Below, one piece after another: positions 1 to 64,000 of a stretch of DNA of 64,000 nt. The translations under genes and the position numbers were made by a program. The notes below the pieces were generated by a model. The model ran no database searches. It had not been told where the DNA came from and saw nothing but the letters and a program-made list of their open reading frames with translations. The stretch is from Octopus sinensis (lineage: Eukaryota): assembly GCF_006345805.1 (NCBI RefSeq), contig NC_042998.1, positions 76,136,001-76,200,000 on the forward strand. Reading direction: 5' to 3'. The stretch's first letter is position 1; each line of letters starts with the position of its first letter.

Positions 1-56
1 GGTGCCTTCCTTGTGAGGAAAGGTCGACAAGAAGGAGAACATAGTTTGTCTGTCAA
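1..56 (+). CDS. GRB2: GRB2-like exon (SH2 betaB-betaC, partial)
   Basis: GAFLVRKGRQEGEHSLSV(K), followed by donor GTAAGT at 57. Confidence 0.85.
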
Positions 57-3000
57 GTAAGTTTTAGGATATTTTTCATTTATAAAAACTTTGTGTATTT
101 ATTGTTGTTTTACTTTTTTATCATACAAGGCAGAGAGGTGGAGCCAATAGCTTTTATATGTCATTTTATAAATGCAGGGGATAACGATAAAAAATGTTCA
201 GTTTGAGTTATTTCAGTGATTGTAAAGTCCCAAGATAGACTAAGAAAAGAATTTGTATAAGGTTTACAGTAATCCTTCACCATATAGTGATTCACCTAAT
301 ATGGTTTATTATTTAAGCTTATGTCGATTCCTCTGTGGTGTTGTTTTGCATTTATGATAAAATCAATATATACAAATTATAAAAATGATTAAAAAAATAT
401 AGTTCAGTACTGTTTCTTCTTCATGGATTTTCACCTATCACGGGAGATTTTGAAACGTAACACCTGCGATAGTTGAGGGATTACTGTAGTGAGAAAGCAG
501 AAAGAAAGTGAAAGCACTTTATGTATACAATGAATGTAATTTAGTATGTAAATTAATTAGAAAGAAACCATTGATGTACGGGTAGAATTGTGATTAAAGA
601 GTATTGATCAAATTGCCTATCAATCAGTACAGATATATTTCTTGAATGCAATGAGAGAGAGAGATTATAATTGTGTAAGTGTCTGTAGCAAGTATTCCAT
701 CCTGATGATCTGTATTGTACAGAGTAAGGAGTATTTGAACTTTATACAGAGTTATCAAGTTATCAAAAATTTATAACTATGACCATTACCCACACTAAAG
801 TTTTCTCAATCTCCCCATCAATATTCTTCAAACAAATCTGTGATTATGAAGAGGATATGTATATATTAGAGAGAGGCTGTGGTCATACGAGGAACAAGGC
901 CTGTTCACATACACCAAGCAAGAGTCAGAAGATGTGATCTATGCTGTTATTAGTGACAGTAAAAAGGCAGTTAATTTAGAAAAGGAAGTGGGTGTAATTA
1001 GTTACTGAAGTCTTAAATATATTTGAGTTAATAAGTAATCATTAAACTGAATCTGCTGTCTATAAATTGTGTGACGGAGTGGCCCAACAAGAAGGTTTTG
1101 ACTCAGCCAAGGTGCAGTGTTATGAGTCTTATTCCTTGGAATAATGTAGTGTAAGTTTTGATGAGCTTCAACAAGACCCCAAATTCCTGTTGCAAAATAT
1201 TTTGATGTTTCCATTGATGAAAGCTGTGGTGGATTCACAAGAGGTGTTGCAGACCCCTTCTAAGAAAAAGTTTTGTTGGGTATCAAAGTGATAAGTTAAA
1301 TTATTAATATATATGAAGCATGATTATAAATTACATGAAAAAGTAAGCAAAAATTTTATGAAGGATACTTATGACAGTTTGTCTTAGGATGAGTTGGCGC
1401 AGGCTACTTGCATGTGACATATAGAACAACATAATACTTGGGTGACTTGAAAATATTCTTTGATGTAGACCCTACCATTTGAATGGGCAAGAAAACATAA
1501 GGATTTGATTGATTATGGTAATGACTTCCATTTGCACTGTATTATATTTGCTCATGTGTAAAACGTATTGATTTACAAAATTGTAATATATGTAAAATGA
1601 CTAAATGTTCACTTAGAGTGGAACAGGTCTTAAAACCCAGTTTATTTATTGTTATTGAGAAAAACCAGTGAAAATTAAAAACATTGCTGTCTTTTATTTA
1701 AATGTATTGTTAATTTCAAGTTTTGCATAAATAATATTTTCTTAATTTCTTTTCTCAGATACATGTGTGAAGTACAACATTTCAAAATATACAAACAGAA
1801 TGATGGCCATTTTATATGGGAGTCAGATAAATTCCCAACACTTGGAGCTTTAGTGAATTTTTACAAATCATCATCTGTAAGCCGAAGCCACCACATAACC
1901 CTTAAAGAAATTGTTAAAGAACAGAAAGTAAGAAAACGGATATTTTTGAATCTAATTATAAATATAAAAATCTGTCTACAGTGAATGGGTTGATTGTAAA
2001 GCAAATTAGCTAGCTTGCGAAAGGATTAGTGGTAACTTACGAAATTTGAAATTTAATTGCCAAATTGGGAAAACTATATATTATTAGTAAAACTCTTATC
2101 TAACCAGCTGTAAAATAAAGTTATAAATACTTTGATGGACTCCAGTAAAAGTAGTATAAGATCATTAATTTCTCTCATCACTAGTTCAATATCAATAAGA
2201 ATTGATGAAATGGAAACAACTTTATCTAGAATTTTTCTTATTGTTCTATGAGTGTTATTCAAATACTAATCAAGAGGTTATAGAAAGATCTTATTTGTCA
2301 AACAACTGAACGCTGACACAAAAGGTTCTACAATTTATAGAGTACTTGAATACTTTTTTAATGATAAAAATGTTATGTCCACTTATGCTATTGCATGTAC
2401 AACTGATGGAACACCTATTGTAGATGTTGTGAATTTATAGTGGATTTAAAAGCAGCAGCTCCAGATATCTTTGCAGTTCATTGTATTATTCACTGACAAC
2501 AGTTAGTTGCAAAACATTTTCACATTAGACTTTGTACAATGTTATTAAAACAGTGAATATGATAAAAGCTTATCTGTTGAATATCTGTATTTTTTGGAAA
2601 CTTTGCCATGAAAATGAAGAATTTGAACATCTTTTGCTATGTAGTGAATTCTGTTGCTTGCAAGGGCAGACTGTCTGTGATGCTTTATGAGCTCTGTGAT
2701 ACTATTTTGGAATTTTTCAAGTTGTATGATGAGAAAATATGTAATGAGCAAGAAAGGTAAAAGTCTTCACATCACTTGTCTCTGACATATTTAACTAAAT
2801 GAATGAAATGAACATCAAATTACAGGGAAACAATATGACCTTATTAAAGCAAAAATTATAAATTATTTTAATAGCAAAATTATATTGTACAAAAATAGCA
2901 TTGCAAGGTTCAAATTTCAGTAGTTTCCAAATATACAAATAATAAATGAAAATGATGAGTGATTTGATATTAGATACAAATCTGGAGTGTCATTATTCCC

Positions 3001-6000
3001 CTCTTCAGGTGCTGAAAGATATGATGATTGGATTTAAAGATTTTGGTGAACTAAAAATACTCATGTGGGCTACAAATCTATTTTTCATATGTTCATTTTT
3101 ACTCATCAAGACCTATCTGGTGAATTAATAGATTTGCAAAATGATTTTAATGTTTGTGAACAATTTCAACAAAGTGAGTTGTATAAAGTATTCTAGCTAA
3201 ACATGCAAAACAATTGTCCTCAGTTTGGGTGAGAGTAAGTTTAGGTTTGACACTTGATCAGAATTTACTGTTTAAATGTAATACCTCTTTGCTAGTGGAT
3301 CTCAAATTCTATTGCTAAAAAAAAAATTGTGTGTATTTGTGTGTGTGTGTGTAAAGATCATTATCATCATCGTTTAATGTCCGCTCTCCATGCTAGCATG
3401 GGTTGAACGATTTGACTGAGGTCTGGCGAACCAGATGGCTGCACCAGGCTCCAATCTGATCTGGCAGAATCTCTACAGCTAGATGCCCTTTCTAACACCA
3501 ACCACTCCGATAGTGTAGTGGGTACTTTTACATGCCACCGGCACGAGCGCCAGTCAGGTGGTACTGGCAATGGCCACACTCAAATGGTGTTTTTTACATG
3601 CCACCTGTACAGGAGCCAGTCCAGCGGCACTGCCAATGACCTCACTCATTTAAATTAAATTGTTGCTCATTATTTTTCCTTGGTTGAGAGAGGATTCAGT
3701 GTTTTATTGCACTTGTTAACTAAACAGTGAAATAGATTGTAAATAAATAACTTTGTGAAACTTGGACCTGATATTGAAAAATTATTGGATCATCATGTTC
3801 AAAGTAGCAATTTAATGATTTTCTTTTTATCTCACACTTTCTCTTATTGTTTATTGCTCAAAAATAAATTTGTTTCAAAATTGATCATTTATAATGTATG
3901 AGTGTGGATATGTAGATAACTAATGACTTTCAATTTGCATCCTTTGCATTTCTATGACTATTGAGTCATTACTGTCAGATTTATTATCAGAGTTGAAAGA
4001 GAGAGCTAAAATTGGTTAAGAATTACTGTTTTAGATTAAGTTTAGTTCTGACATTTGACCAGTGTTTACTGTTTGAATATAAAATCTCTTAACCAGTTGA
4101 TCTCAAGTTCCTAGAACTACATTTGTGTGTGTGTGTGTGTGTGTATTTAATTGTTGTGACTCAAGTCATAAAGAAACATGAAGATCACATTGAATTTAGC
4201 TGTGAATCCCACTTGACTTAGATGTCGAAAGAAATATTGCATATATATTCAAGTATGTGTATATTTTTAGCTTCCTTGAAGCTTATAATGAAAAGATTCC
4301 ACTTGAAACTTATGTCAATCTAGCATCTTCCATTTTGTTAGGGAGGAAAAGTTCTTTTTTTCATGACTAGTTGTGTCATAAATGATTTACTATTTTTAAT
4401 GACATGGGCTGGAGGAATGGATGTATTGATGGCTTTCACAAACCTTCCAGTACCAGCATGATTAACTTGAATTATTTAACAGCTAGTGCAAGAAAATTTT
4501 ATTTCATTGATATTCAATTTAAATGATATTACTTGATAAAATTAATACTAGTGATTCTGAGCATCAGCACCAAGTATCACAATTTCAGTAATTTTCCCCT
4601 TTTCATTATTAATCATCATCATTGTTTTAATGTCCACTTTTCCATGCTTGCATGGGTCAGATGGAATTCATTGAGGTAGATTTTCAACAGTTGGATGCCC
4701 TTCCTGTGACCAACCTTCACCTGTTTCCAAGTTATATGATTCTGAGCAATCTTTGGGTTAGATATATTTTCATGGAAGACTGAAAACAAATGACACTGCT
4801 TGAATGATAGTGACATTTACAACCATCATATGATGTCAAGACAAGGAGAGACACATGCACGTATGCATGCACACACACACACACTCAGAGGATGGGATTC
4901 TTTTAGTTTCTGTCTACCAAATCCACTCAAGCCTTTGATTGGCCTTGGGTTACAGTAGAAGATACAATCATGTTGCACCTAAGGGTGATGAAAAACACAC
5001 AATCTTTCTTCAGCAAATCTGGACTGCAAACTTATTGCAAGATATTGAACTATATCTGTGATAGCAAATAATGAATTTCTAATCTCACTATTAAAAGGTT
5101 TTGTTTTATTTTTGTATTTCAGTTGTGCTAATGGATTTGACCTTTTATTTATAAATAATTCTTATACTTCTTCAATAAATACTTCTGCTTTCTTTATGTT
5201 CGACTGCTTTCTAAATATTATCACCAAAATACTTGCTAAGCAATCTCTAGTTGTGTGATAACTTTGTTACAGATCAATATCTGAAACTAAAGTTTTAAAT
5301 GAGAGGCATATATATTTCTTGAAACTTTGCTATAATTATTTAATTCTCTGTTGTTATAAGGAATTAGATGTGATTCAAGAAATTTTCATTTAGTTATCAA
5401 GTTCAGTAAAGTACATTATTTACATTTGATGGATATTTGTCCTCATCTTGTTTGTTGTTAACACAACTTTTTGGCTGATATGCCCTCCAGCCTTCACCTT
5501 GGGGAAATTTCGAACCTAATGAAGGCTGGAGGGTATATCAGCCAAAACACTGTGTTAACAACAAGCAAGATGAGGAAAAATATCTGTCAAATATAACTAA
5601 TGTAAATAATGTACATAATTCCTCATCTCTTAAATATAGAACTATAAGTTCAGTGAAGTTTAAGATATTTGACAGTGGTGACTGGCCATTAAACTAGGTC
5701 AGATCAGTAATCATTCCAAGCCTCAGGAGCCAGTTCTTGCACTGTTGCCATAATCAACCACACAAGCAAGTCCCTTCTGTGGATTTTGTTACAGAAGACA
5801 GAGGAAATTGTGAAGAAACAGTTTTCAGAAGTACAAATGTGATTTTGAAAAAATGTAAAAACAAGAGACCAAATATTGAACTTAAAGATCATCATGGAAA
5901 AAGTGTGAGAATTCAATGTCCCTCTGTATGTAACCATTACAAATTACAAAAAGGCATTTGACTCAGTGATACATAGAATCTGCTAGTCTGTCCTGAAGAG

Positions 6001-7032
6001 GATGGGTGTGAATAGTAAAGTTGTCACCCTGTTTAGTAATCTCTCCAAGAGCCAACTAGCAAGCTTACAGTGTGGAGAGGGAACACACAGAATGGTTCTA
6101 TATCAAAAAAGGAGTTTGTCACAGTTGTGTGGTCTCAGCCATGTACTTTTACTTCTACCCTGTCAGCTCAGCTTTAAAATCACTCAATAAATCTTAAAAG
6201 ATAGAGCAGCTCTTAACAAGAATATCAAATTATGGCTCCTGAACACACTAGTTTGGCCTGTTGCATTGTATGGATGTGAAAGCTGGACAATAAGGGCAAT
6301 GACACTATCAAACTTAAAGCATTTGAGACAGCATGCTATAGAAGAATATTGAGGATCACTTGGATTGACCATCGAACAAATGTGTTAGTTCTTGAAGATA
6401 GGCAAACTGTCAGGAAGAGAAAACTGCAATATTTTGGGCATGTCATCAGGGCCCAAAACCTCAGCTTCCATATCCTTGTGAAAAGAGTCAATGGGAAATG
6501 AGAAAGAGGAAGACAGGGGATACTAGTGGATTACACCAAAGAATGGACCAGAAGACTTCTGGCTGAATGTGCAACTACGGTCTGGAGAGAGATGGTGCAT
6601 GCCTCCATTGTCTCCAACCATCAGCAGTGAGAATGGGAATAAAATAAGAAAAAAAAAGTATTGGTATCATCAGGAAAAGCAGATGGTATTTACTGTGTAA
6701 TAAAGTGTTGAGGCTTGAGATAAGCAAAAATGATATTTTACTTGTGGTAATTATTTCTAATGCTGTATCAGCAGGAAAGTTGAGAAATGTATATTTATTA
6801 ATTATATCGAAAGTTTTTCAAACAATAACAGTATCCATTATTTTATTTTCAATGTCTACAGGTAAAAGCACGTGGAATCTATGAATTTAATGCTCGAGGA
6901 AGTGATGAATTAAGCTTCAAAAAAGGAGAAGTAATTGATATTCTTGATCAGCATGACCTTCACTGGTGGACAGCCCAGAATTCGAACAATCAAACAGGTC
7001 TGATTCCTGCTACTTATGTGGAAGTAATATAA
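1..7032 (+). CDS. GRB2: GRB2/DRK-like SH2-SH3 adaptor, 3' part (3 coding exons; 5' end outside window)
   Basis: Spliced translation GAFLVRKGRQEGEHSLSVK-YMCEVQHFKIYKQNDGHFIWESDKFPTLGALVNFYKSSSVSRSHHITLKEIVKEQK-VKARGIYEFNARGSDELSFKKGEVIDILDQHDLHWWTAQNSNNQTGLIPATYVEVI*. It has the SH2 FLVR motif and a C-terminal SH3, with GT-AG introns of phase 2 and 0. Family assignment is firm; orthology versus paralogy is not resolved. Confidence 0.85.
265..488. mobile_element. Tigger/pogo-like MITE (Tc1/mariner)
   Basis: TA-flanked TIRs CAGTAATCCTTCAC... and ...GAGGGATTACTG. Confidence 0.75.
1759..1927 (+). CDS. GRB2: GRB2-like exon (SH2 C-terminal half)
   Basis: Acceptor tttctcag ends at 1758 and donor GTAAGA starts at 1928; 169 nt, phase 2 to 0; overlaps ORF 1763..1984. 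Confidence 0.9.
2240..3240 (+). mobile_element. Decayed hAT (Charlie/Buster-type) transposase
   Basis: Interrupted translation ...IACTTDGT...DIFAVHCIIH*QQLVAK...VIKTVNMIKA...EFEHLLL, with many stops. Confidence 0.75.
3358..3650 (-). mobile_element. SINE with RTE-LINE-derived 3' end and (ATG)n tail
   Basis: catcatcgtttaatgtccgctctccatgctagcatggg signature. Related copies lie at about 17110-17545, 33200-33480, 34675-34870, 45230-45500, 46100-46710, 48230-48545, 51030-51135, 53300-53665 and 56250-56570. Confidence 0.8.
5411..5645. mobile_element. Head-to-head inverted pair of hammerhead-bearing repeat fragments (same family as 55455-55720)
   Basis: 5411-5497 is the reverse complement of about 5519-5614; both arms match 55600-55720. 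Confidence 0.8.
6180..6640 (+). mobile_element. RTE-clade LINE 3' fragment (RT thumb)
   Basis: KLWLLNTLVWPVALYGCESWTIRA motif, followed by frameshifts and stops. Confidence 0.8.
6862..7032 (+). CDS. GRB2: GRB2-like terminal exon (C-terminal SH3)
   Basis: Acceptor ctacag ends at 6861; DELSFKKGE, WW and GLIPATYV SH3 motifs; TAA at 7030-7032. Confidence 0.9.
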   Translation, partial: VKARGIYEFNARGSDELSFKKGEVIDILDQHDLHWWTAQNSNNQTGLIPATYVEVI

Positions 7033-7267
7033 TTACTTTATCATCATATACACCAGTTCCCAAAATATACAATTCTTCCTGTTTGTTATTCTCTCTAGGA
7101 AGAATAATTAGCAAAGACCAAACAAAGAAAAAAATAAAAAACAAAACATGCATACCTCATACTTATATGTATGTATGTTTATGCATATATATATATTATA
7201 TACATATATGTGTATATGTATATTATATATACGTGTATATATATATATGTATATATATATGTATATA

Positions 7268-7306
<39 letters not shown>

Positions 7307-7879
7307 TTAAGCACATAATATAGTTTCTAGCTTCTATGAAAGATTGCTGAAAATCACTGTGTCCAAATTCTTGGTTACTTGCTCGAAATCAAGGTACAGA
7401 AGTAACTAAAGGCACTAGGGATACAAACATACACACACACACACACACATGCACACACACACACACCACACACACATTCACAGACTGTCACTCAGATACT
7501 ATGATTTTAATATCTCTGGTTCATCTTTCAGCCTAAAACATGCAGGTGATCAAACTGCTGGTTTCTGATACTGCCTAATATCATTTTTAATAGTGGTAGA
7601 TGCTGGGACTATCTATAAATAAACAATATATGCTACCTTCGTTTTACCCTTTCCTTCTTTCCCCAACTGGCATCAACATTGCTGCAATTCTTCAAGAAAT
7701 TGAGATTCTAACTTCTTCACAAATAGAAAGGAGTTAGAATAGTCATTTATTGACAGCAGTTTTGTAAGAGCTAGTATTTCTGAACAGACACTGGTCACTA
7801 ATTCTTTTGTTCTTTAGCTTAAATTGATTATTCATTGGTCTTATGTTTTCAATATGTAATGAACTGAATTATAATTTAA

Positions 7880-7897
7880 TTAACTTCATTTTCTTTT

Positions 7898-7952
<55 letters not shown>

Positions 7953-8375
7953 TATATATATGTGTGTGTGTATGTGTATGCATATATGTGTATATGTATA
8001 TATATATGTAAATATATATATATATGTATATATATGTGTGTGTGTGTGTGTGTATGTATATATGTGTATATGTATATATATGTAAATATATATATATATA
8101 TATGTGTATATATATATATATATGTGTGTGTGTATGTATATATATATGTATGTATATATGTATATATGTATATATATATATATAAATGTATATATATATA
8201 TATGTAAATGTGTATATATATATATATGTATGTATATATATATATATATGTAAATGTGTTTATATATATATATATATATGTATATATATAAATGTATATA
8301 TATGTATATATATAATTGTATATATATGTATATATATAATTGTATATATATGTATATATATAATTGTATATATAT

Positions 8376-8449
<74 letters not shown>

Positions 8450-8474
8450 TATATATCTATATATATATATAAAC

Positions 8475-8519
<45 letters not shown>

Positions 8520-8735
8520 AATATATATATATATATGTAATATATATATATAAAAATATATATATATAAATGTATATATATATGTATATATATGTATATA
8601 TATATATATAAATGTATATATATGTATATAAATGTATATATATGTATATATATATATATAAATGTATATATATGTATATATATATATATATAAACGTATA
8701 TATATGTATGTATATATATATTTATATATATTCTT
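7880..8735. repeat. Compound (TA)n/(TG)n microsatellite array, about 850 bp, with higher-order units
   Basis: Direct reading; includes three ~24-bp units aattgtatatatatgtatatatat near 8314-8390. A smaller array lies at about 7160-7305. Confidence 0.95.
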
Positions 8736-9667
8736 TTATTCTTTTACTTGTTTCAGTCATTTGACTGTGGCTATGCTGGAGCACCGCCTTTACATATATT
8801 TCTATAAATTAAAAAGTAAATAAAAGAAAATGAAGAGAAAATATAATAGATGCCTGGTTCATTTTATTTGTATCACAATGGAAAATAATGCAAATTAAAA
8901 GATATACCTATAAGAACAAGTATAAAAGGAACCGCATCAACAAAACAAATTCTACATATATTTCAATCTGACAGCATGTTTGACTCGTCAATATTGTAAC
9001 TTTTAAGGATGTAATAAATGACATATTGCTAGATATTGTCAGCAAATGTAAGTATATCTTCTCATCTTGAATTACGAAATAACTTATTTGAGGACTATGT
9101 TTAGGAATTTTCAAATGTAAACAACTAATTAGGACACAGAGTTTATGTGATTAGAAATTGATCGTTTAAAATCTAGCTAATAAATAAAATGAACCAAGCA
9201 TCTATTATGTTTTTTCTCCTCCATTTTCTTTTATTCACTTTTTATTATATATATATATACATATATATATATATGAACATGGAGAGGAGTAAAAGTGCAC
9301 CTGGTTAACATAATCTGTTACAATGTCCTTCTGCTGTTAAATATTGTTTATTTTACTATCTATAAGCCGATTTTATGATAACTGTTATTTTGTATAAAGA
9401 TAACATTATCGATTGAAAGACAATAACCATGTCAAATAATCACATAATTGATAAATTTGTAAATGAGGATGAGTAGAGAGAAATGTTTTAGAAAATGTCG
9501 GAAATATATCTCAAATATTTAAGACATTTTTTTTTTTATTACTGAATTACTTCCATTTGTTTTCTTTGTTATTAATTATCTGTTAATATAGTAATTACCA
9601 ATAATATCAAATAAAAACTGAGGGCAAAAATGACGGTTTGAGTAAGATGATAAACAGACTACAAACC

Positions 9668-62516
<52,849 letters not shown>

Positions 62517-64000
62517 CTGGAATAAAAGAGAGAAGGTCTATAAATAGTCAAGTAAAATGAAGAAGAGAATTTTCGAGATTTTACTAGAATATTGTGATTA
62601 TCATTTAATGTATTAGAGAATGTTAGATGGTACTACTACTATTACCGATGCAGCAGCAACAACAACAATCATCTCTCACATCAGAACAAGAATGTAGAGG
62701 GACAGAATTGAAATTTGTAGTGTATTTAATCTAACAATTAAATATCCTACTCAAAAAGAAAGGGTTTGAAGTGAGAAAAAACAAAAGGATGAAAATAATT
62801 TTAAAATGGGAAGAAATAGATGAAATCAATTAGTAAGAATAAGATCGCACTCTGAAATAATTAGTGAAAATCAGCAAACATTATGGAATGACATACAGGT
62901 GAACTTTGGAAAACAATATGAATTCTTTTTATTAATAACTAAAAACATCAAAATATATTAGTTTGCAGATCTCTCTCTCTATTTCATAAGAGTCTTAAGC
63001 TATGAAGGCATACAAGCTACCTATTCTGTTTTCTCTGGCCTATTTCACTGTTTCTGTATTTATGGTGAATTCTGATAACTGAAGATACAGATATTTATGG
63101 ATAACAGTACAGAGACACTATATCAAATTTAAGATACTATTATTTATCATATTAAACTTTATCATTCTCTTCTCTCAGCTTTCTCCTTCTACCTTGCTCT
63201 CTCTCTCCTTAATAAGAGTAAAGAATACTGAATATACATGAGCTGTTGGTTCTATCTGATTATTGCCTCATTTCTGCGTCTACAATGTTCGATTATGATA
63301 ATTAGCAATATCACACATTTATGGATAAACTCCATAAAGTGGCTAGAATTAGGAAAGGCATCAAATTGAAGAAACCATGCAAAAAATGGAGTGTATAAGT
63401 GAGACATGGTCAACCAACTCGTTCAGCATGGAAAATGAACTAGATAGTCTATTCCATTGAGAAAACATACCTAGCCAGTAGTGCTGTCGGGGTCATCACC
63501 CTTTATCTTGACAAATATCATCAAAGGCATGTAGTTTTCCAGAGCAAATCAGTGTGTTAGTGTAAATGAAGTGTTTTTGAGGGAAAAAAATCATATGGAA
63601 CAATAGTGGTGCATTTGCCATAACTGATTCTGAGAAGAAAGTGGCATGGAAATGGAAAGTTACTATTAGAGATTGCTGAATGTGAAGAACATGAGGGAGA
63701 GGAATTACCCCAACACCACTCAACAAAGGGATTAGCTATTAAGGTTCACAGCTATACAATTGAAAGCAAAGTATAGGTGCTGAGATTCTGAAAATATATG
63801 GTGAAGTAGGACATATACTAGTCATTCATAAAGTCAATCAGATAGTACAGGGAAATGTCATACCCAATGAATAGTATAACAGTAGATAAGCTAGAAACAA
63901 TCACCTTCATAAGTATAAAAATGATTGATCAAATTATGAGAGTAATGAGTTTTAGCACAACTAATTAGGAAGAGAATCAATTTAGATGAGATGCAATTTG

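Noticed and set aside
7108-8472. Ile/Tyr-rich ORFs (also near 27062-28490, 31412-31818, 50566-51093, 58928-59364 and 61514-62061)
   Set aside because: Translations of (TA)n, (TG)n and (TATG)n microsatellites.
63496-63726. Possible further SMCR8 exon (KLHAFDDICQDK)
   Set aside because: Only faint resemblance, with no good phase-0 donor or nearby acceptor.

Overview
AT-rich, intron- and repeat-dense animal DNA. The SINE, microsatellite and LINE landscape suggests an octopod cephalopod, but that is inference. Splice signals and reading-frame phase, read by eye, give two convergent protein-coding genes. (1) On +, the 3' part of a divergent GRB2/DRK-type SH2-SH3 adaptor (exons 1-56, 1759-1927, 6862-7032). 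(2) On -, the C-terminal part of SMCR8 (partner of C9orf72), as 14 phase-consistent exons from 62516 to 20785 plus a terminal exon at 9668-9822, or alternatively 19624-19700; its 5' end lies beyond the window. Introns are filled with tRNA-derived and RTE-tailed SINEs, RTE and CR1/L2 LINE relics, mariner, hAT, piggyBac-like and Tigger-like DNA elements, a young Helitron-like element, a Penelope-like element (RT plus GIY-YIG) with a ~1.1 kb inverted duplication, and very long (TA)n arrays. There is one 100-N gap. The most notable signal is a set of minimal type-I hammerhead-ribozyme motifs in several unrelated repeat families, including one carried downstream of a tRNA-like Pol III head (55455-55720). 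Most long entries in the ORF track are microsatellite or repeat artefacts. No database search or folding program could be run.
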